Shown here piece by piece: positions 60,589-64,000 of a stretch of 64,000 nucleotides of DNA (position 1 is its first letter; each line of letters starts with the position of its first letter). This DNA comes from Candidatus Eremiobacteria bacterium (lineage in GTDB: Bacteria; Vulcanimicrobiota; Vulcanimicrobiia; Vulcanimicrobiales; Vulcanimicrobiaceae), in NCBI GenBank assembly GCA_963737065.1, contig CAVTRC010000001.1, positions 1,472,001 to 1,536,000 of the forward strand, in the 5' to 3' direction. The notes under the pieces were generated by a model, which saw only the letters and a program-made list of their open reading frames with translations, was not told the origin of the DNA and made no database searches. A program made the position numbers and the translations under genes.

Positions 60589-61004
60589 ACGGGTTCGTTC
60601 TTGGTATCGATCCCGGCACGCGCAAGGCGGGGTTTGCGATCGTCGACGGCGCGGACGGCGCGGTGATCGAGCGAGGAATCGAACCGATCGACGCGCTGCT
60701 CGCTCGCGCCAAAATACTGGTCGAGCGTCACGAAGTGGTAACGATAGCGCTTGGAGCGGGTACGAATGCTACCGCTCTGAGCGCGGCCCTGGCCCCGCTC
60801 GGAGTGCCGGTTCGACCGGTGGACGAACGGGAAACGACCCTGCGTGCTCGCTCGCTTTACTTTGCAGACAACCCGCCGCGCGGGTGGCGGCGACTCATAC
60901 CGCTTGGAATGCAAGTGCCGCCCAGACCAATCGACGATTACGCAGCGGTCCTGATCGCCCGTCGCTACCTGGCCGACGCGGGTAAGCGCAGCGATATGCT
61001 ATAA
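60585..61004 (+). CDS. YqgF/RuvX-like RNase H-fold protein
   Basis: LGIDPG..K.G, LG.GT, VDE..TTL.AR..Y and P.DDYAA motifs. Confidence 0.82.
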   Translation: MNGFVLGIDPGTRKAGFAIVDGADGAVIERGIEPIDALLARAKILVERHEVVTIALGAGTNATALSAALAPLGVPVRPVDERETTLRARSLYFADNPPRGWRRLIPLGMQVPPRPIDDYAAVLIARRYLADAGKRSDML

Positions 61005-61080
61005 CTGAAACTACCCCTCGGCGCGGTCGATAACAGGAAATACCCGCGGCGAGTGGTGTCGCGGAGTTCGGGAGGAAATC

Positions 61081-62226
61081 ATGCGTCGCGCGGTCAGCGT
61101 GCTATCGATCGGGGCCCTCGTAGGGGCGCTCTGGTCCGCTGTTGTTCCCGCTTCCGCATACCCGGCACTCGACGCTTCATCGATGTCGCTCGCGACCGAC
61201 CTCTTCAACCGATGCTTTAGCGATCCGAACACGAGCAGTGAATCACCGCTCGGCGTCTTCGCATTCAACGTTTCGCCGACGATCGTGATCGCCGCGCAGC
61301 CCGCGGTGCTCGCGATGCCGCAGCTTTCGCTCTCGCGGCTGGCGTCGATGATCGTGACCGTGCCGGCGCCGCGCGCGCCGGGGCTCACGACGACGCCCGA
61401 CGTTGCCGCCGCGGTTCGTTCCAACACGCAGCCGACGCTGACCCTCACCTCGCCGCAACTGTCATCGCCGCAACCGGTGATCGGCTACTATCAGGATCCC
61501 GCGCCCGCGCCGACGGTCGCGCCGGAATCGTTGCGTTTCGATCTGCCGAGCGGCGATCAAAACACTTCGCTGAGTTTTAGCCCCGTATTGACGTCGGCGG
61601 CCGGCTTCGCGGCGCCTGAGATCGGCGCGGATGCGAAAGGCACCGTTCCGCAGACCAATGCCAACGTTTCGCTTCCCTTGCGCGTCGGTCACGTTCATTT
61701 AGAGACGCATGCTGATGCCGGCGAAGCGCGTTCCGACGCAATTGCGTTCAAGGACACGGCGTACGGCGGCGGCGCGACGTTCGATGCGCGCATCGGCAAA
61801 CAGAAGCTCGGTCTGGATTTATCGAGCCACACCGAGCACGTGACGGTGAATCAACCGGTGTTCGATGCGGCGAGCCTCGACGGTCAGTCGAACTTCGAAC
61901 TCTCGAACAATCTTCCGGTGTTCGTGCCGGCCTATGCCGACATCAATAAGCAAACACTGTCGGCCGGTGTCGCGGTGCCGGTGAACCGGCGCTTGACGGC
62001 GAGCGTGCAAGTCAATGCGCAGCATTTGACCGGCGGCTACGGCGTGCAAGGTCTCTCGAACGTTGACGTCAACAACACGATCTACGGCGCGCGTCTGACG
62101 TATCAGTTAAAGGGCACGAGCGCGATCTCGCTCTCGGCGAATCAGTTCCACTTTCAGGACAATCTCATTCCGCTCAACACCTTCAATCAGACGAGCGCGA
62201 ACCTCAACTTCACCGTCAAGTTTTAA
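61081..62226 (+). CDS. Secreted protein with Pro-rich N-terminus and probable C-terminal outer-membrane beta-barrel
   Basis: GGAGG RBS, signal peptide, amphipathic strands and terminal Phe (NLNFTVKF). Confidence 0.7.
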   Translation: MRRAVSVLSIGALVGALWSAVVPASAYPALDASSMSLATDLFNRCFSDPNTSSESPLGVFAFNVSPTIVIAAQPAVLAMPQLSLSRLASMIVTVPAPRAPGLTTTPDVAAAVRSNTQPTLTLTSPQLSSPQPVIGYYQDPAPAPTVAPESLRFDLPSGDQNTSLSFSPVLTSAAGFAAPEIGADAKGTVPQTNANVSLPLRVGHVHLETHADAGEARSDAIAFKDTAYGGGATFDARIGKQKLGLDLSSHTEHVTVNQPVFDAASLDGQSNFELSNNLPVFVPAYADINKQTLSAGVAVPVNRRLTASVQVNAQHLTGGYGVQGLSNVDVNNTIYGARLTYQLKGTSAISLSANQFHFQDNLIPLNTFNQTSANLNFTVKF

Positions 62227-62235
62227 AGGACGCGT

Positions 62236-62971
62236 TTGAGCGTTTCGCGGCGTCTGCCGCGCGCCATCGTCGTTGCAGTGGTCGTCGTCGTGCTCGCACT
62301 GCTCGGCGTGGTGCAATGCGCGTCGGCGTCGTTCGTCGCCGAGCCGCATACGCTTCTCCGCGTTGATTCCGCGATCGTTCGGACTCGCGGTGTATGGCGC
62401 GCTCGATCGCATCGCGCCGGCTGCGTACGTTGAAGAGACGCTTGCGCAAAACGATCTTTCGCGCGGCGACCTCGACGGCGCGGAGCACTATGCGGTACGT
62501 TTGCCGGCCGGTCCGCGTCGCGACGATCTGCTGGGACGCATAGCCGCCGCGCGCGGCCAGGCGAAGCTTGCGCGCGAATATTATTTTGCCGCACCGGATT
62601 TCGACCGGATGCAAAGCGCGATTGCAGAGCTCGCGAAAAGCGATCCGGCCGGTGCGTACGAGCTCGAAATGCGGTTCGGTGCGCGCCTTGCGTCGCTGCG
62701 AACGCATCCTGATGCGCTCGCCGAATCGTACTTTATTGCGGGACAGTTAGCCGATGCGATGTCGCGCCGTGGCCTATCGTTGCACGATTACGAAGCGGCG
62801 CTCGCGCTCGCGCCGTTCGATATGAAGTATCTCTTGAACGCAGCGAACGAAGCGATCGCGCTCGGTGCGTACGACAAGGCCGGCCGGTATTTCGTTCGTT
62901 GTCTCAATATCGATCCGGTGAGCCGCGACTGTCTGCGTGGACGGGAGAAATTGCGCACGAGGCCGCGATGA
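62236..62971 (+). CDS. Membrane-anchored TPR-like protein; one extra base near 62350-62360
   Basis: Hydrophobic N-terminus in ORF 62236; helical TPR-like body (YEAALALAP, CLNIDP) in ORF 62273. Confidence 0.68.
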
Positions 62972-63994
62972 AGGTCGGGATCGATGCGCAGCTGATGGTC
63001 GGCACGGCGACGGGCATCGGTGAATACGTCCGCGGATTGATCGCCGCGTTGCGCGATGCGGGCGCGGCCGTCGTCGAACTCTCGGAGCCGAAACTCGATC
63101 CGTGGCGCTTCGACCGGCGCGTGATATGGGATCAGGTTTTGCTGCCGCAGCGCGCGCGCGCGGAGGCGGTCGACGTGCTGCATTGCGCGTCGGGAACGAT
63201 TCCGCTTACCGCCGCGATGCCGGTCGTTGCGACGGTGCACGATGTTGCATGGCTACGCGTGCAATCGCACGCGCGTCCGTACGCGCGATATTACTTCGGA
63301 AAGTTTTCCGTCGACCGCTATCGCCGCGCGCAAGCCATTGCCGTCGATTCGGAGTTCTCGCGCCGCGAACTGCTCGACGTCGTCCCCGGCATTGATCCCG
63401 AGCGAGTGCGCGTCGTGTACCCCGGCGTCGCGCAAGATTATTGCACGCTCGAACGCCGGCGCGGCGACGGACGGACGATTCTCGTCGTCGGCACCGTTGA
63501 ACGGCGTAAGAACTTGCAGTTCCTCATCGAGGCGTTGCCCGAACTTCCCAGTGCGCGGATCGTTTCGGTCGGTCCACCGACGACGTATCGAGATGAATGC
63601 GCGGCGCGCGCGGCCGAATTACGCGTGGGCGATCGGGTGGAATTTCGCGGGTACGTTGCGCGTGAAGAGTTGTTGAAATTATACGCCACGTGCGCGGTCG
63701 TCGCGATGCCGTCGCGATACGAAGGGTTCGGCTACGGCGCGGCGCAAGCGCTTTGCGCGGGAACGCCCGTCATCGCCGCCGATCGAGCGTCGCTTCCGGA
63801 AATCGTCGACGGCGATGCGCTCGTGCTGCCGCTCGATGACCTCGCCGCGTGGATCGACGCCTTGCGTTCGGCACTCGCCGGTGATGCAGACGAACGGGCG
63901 CGTGAAGTGCGTCCGCGGGCGCGTCGCGCGCTTCGCGTGGCCGAAGAGCGCGGGTAATATGATCGCCGTATACGAAATGGCGGCTGCATCATGA
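62968..63994 (+). CDS. Glycosyltransferase family 4; one extra base near 63918-63923
   Basis: TGIGEY, TVHD, VGT.E.RKN and PSRYEGFG motifs; the typical tail RFAWPKSA...VYE lies in the +1 frame and ends at 63994. Confidence 0.88.
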
Positions 63995-64000
63995 TCGATC

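Noticed and set aside
1..64000. rRNA, tRNA, transposase, integrase or prophage genes
   Set aside because: None recognised by eye; tRNAscan-SE and Rfam would be needed to exclude small RNAs

Overview
GC-rich bacterial chromosomal window spanning the replication origin. Gene content suggests a diderm Terrabacteria lineage, possibly Eremiobacterota/Vulcanimicrobiota (inference only). Left to right: the end of mreC-mreD-mrdA; a duplicated four-gene module (two ~1,090-aa proteins, each with six DUF11-like Ig repeats and no signal peptide, each followed by a small TM+HEAT protein); an aminotransferase and accessory envelope genes; trpS, thiD, thiE, parB, parA and cca; a ~1 kb gene-free gap with two parS-like sites and a 6x28-bp tandem array; rsmG, mnmG, mnmE, jag, yidC, yidD, rnpA, rpmH; a bipartite oriC around dnaA; dnaN, recF, dciA, gyrB; a decayed higB with intact higA; and a large outer-membrane/LPS cluster (tamB, bamA, three ompH-like genes, lpxD, lpxC, fabZ, lpxA, lpxB, a metallophosphoesterase, an LpxB-like GT, a WaaL-like gene, lptC, lptB, lptF/G, DUF3084-like, yqgF-like, a beta-barrel, a TPR protein, GT4). 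The best novelty candidates are the Ig-repeat/HEAT module and the metallophosphoesterase, which carries an LpxH-like GNR motif in an lpx operon lacking a recognisable lpxH/lpxI/lpxG. Four single-base frameshifts (tamB, lpxC, TPR gene, GT4) are probably assembly errors. Family calls come from motif recognition by eye; no searches were run.
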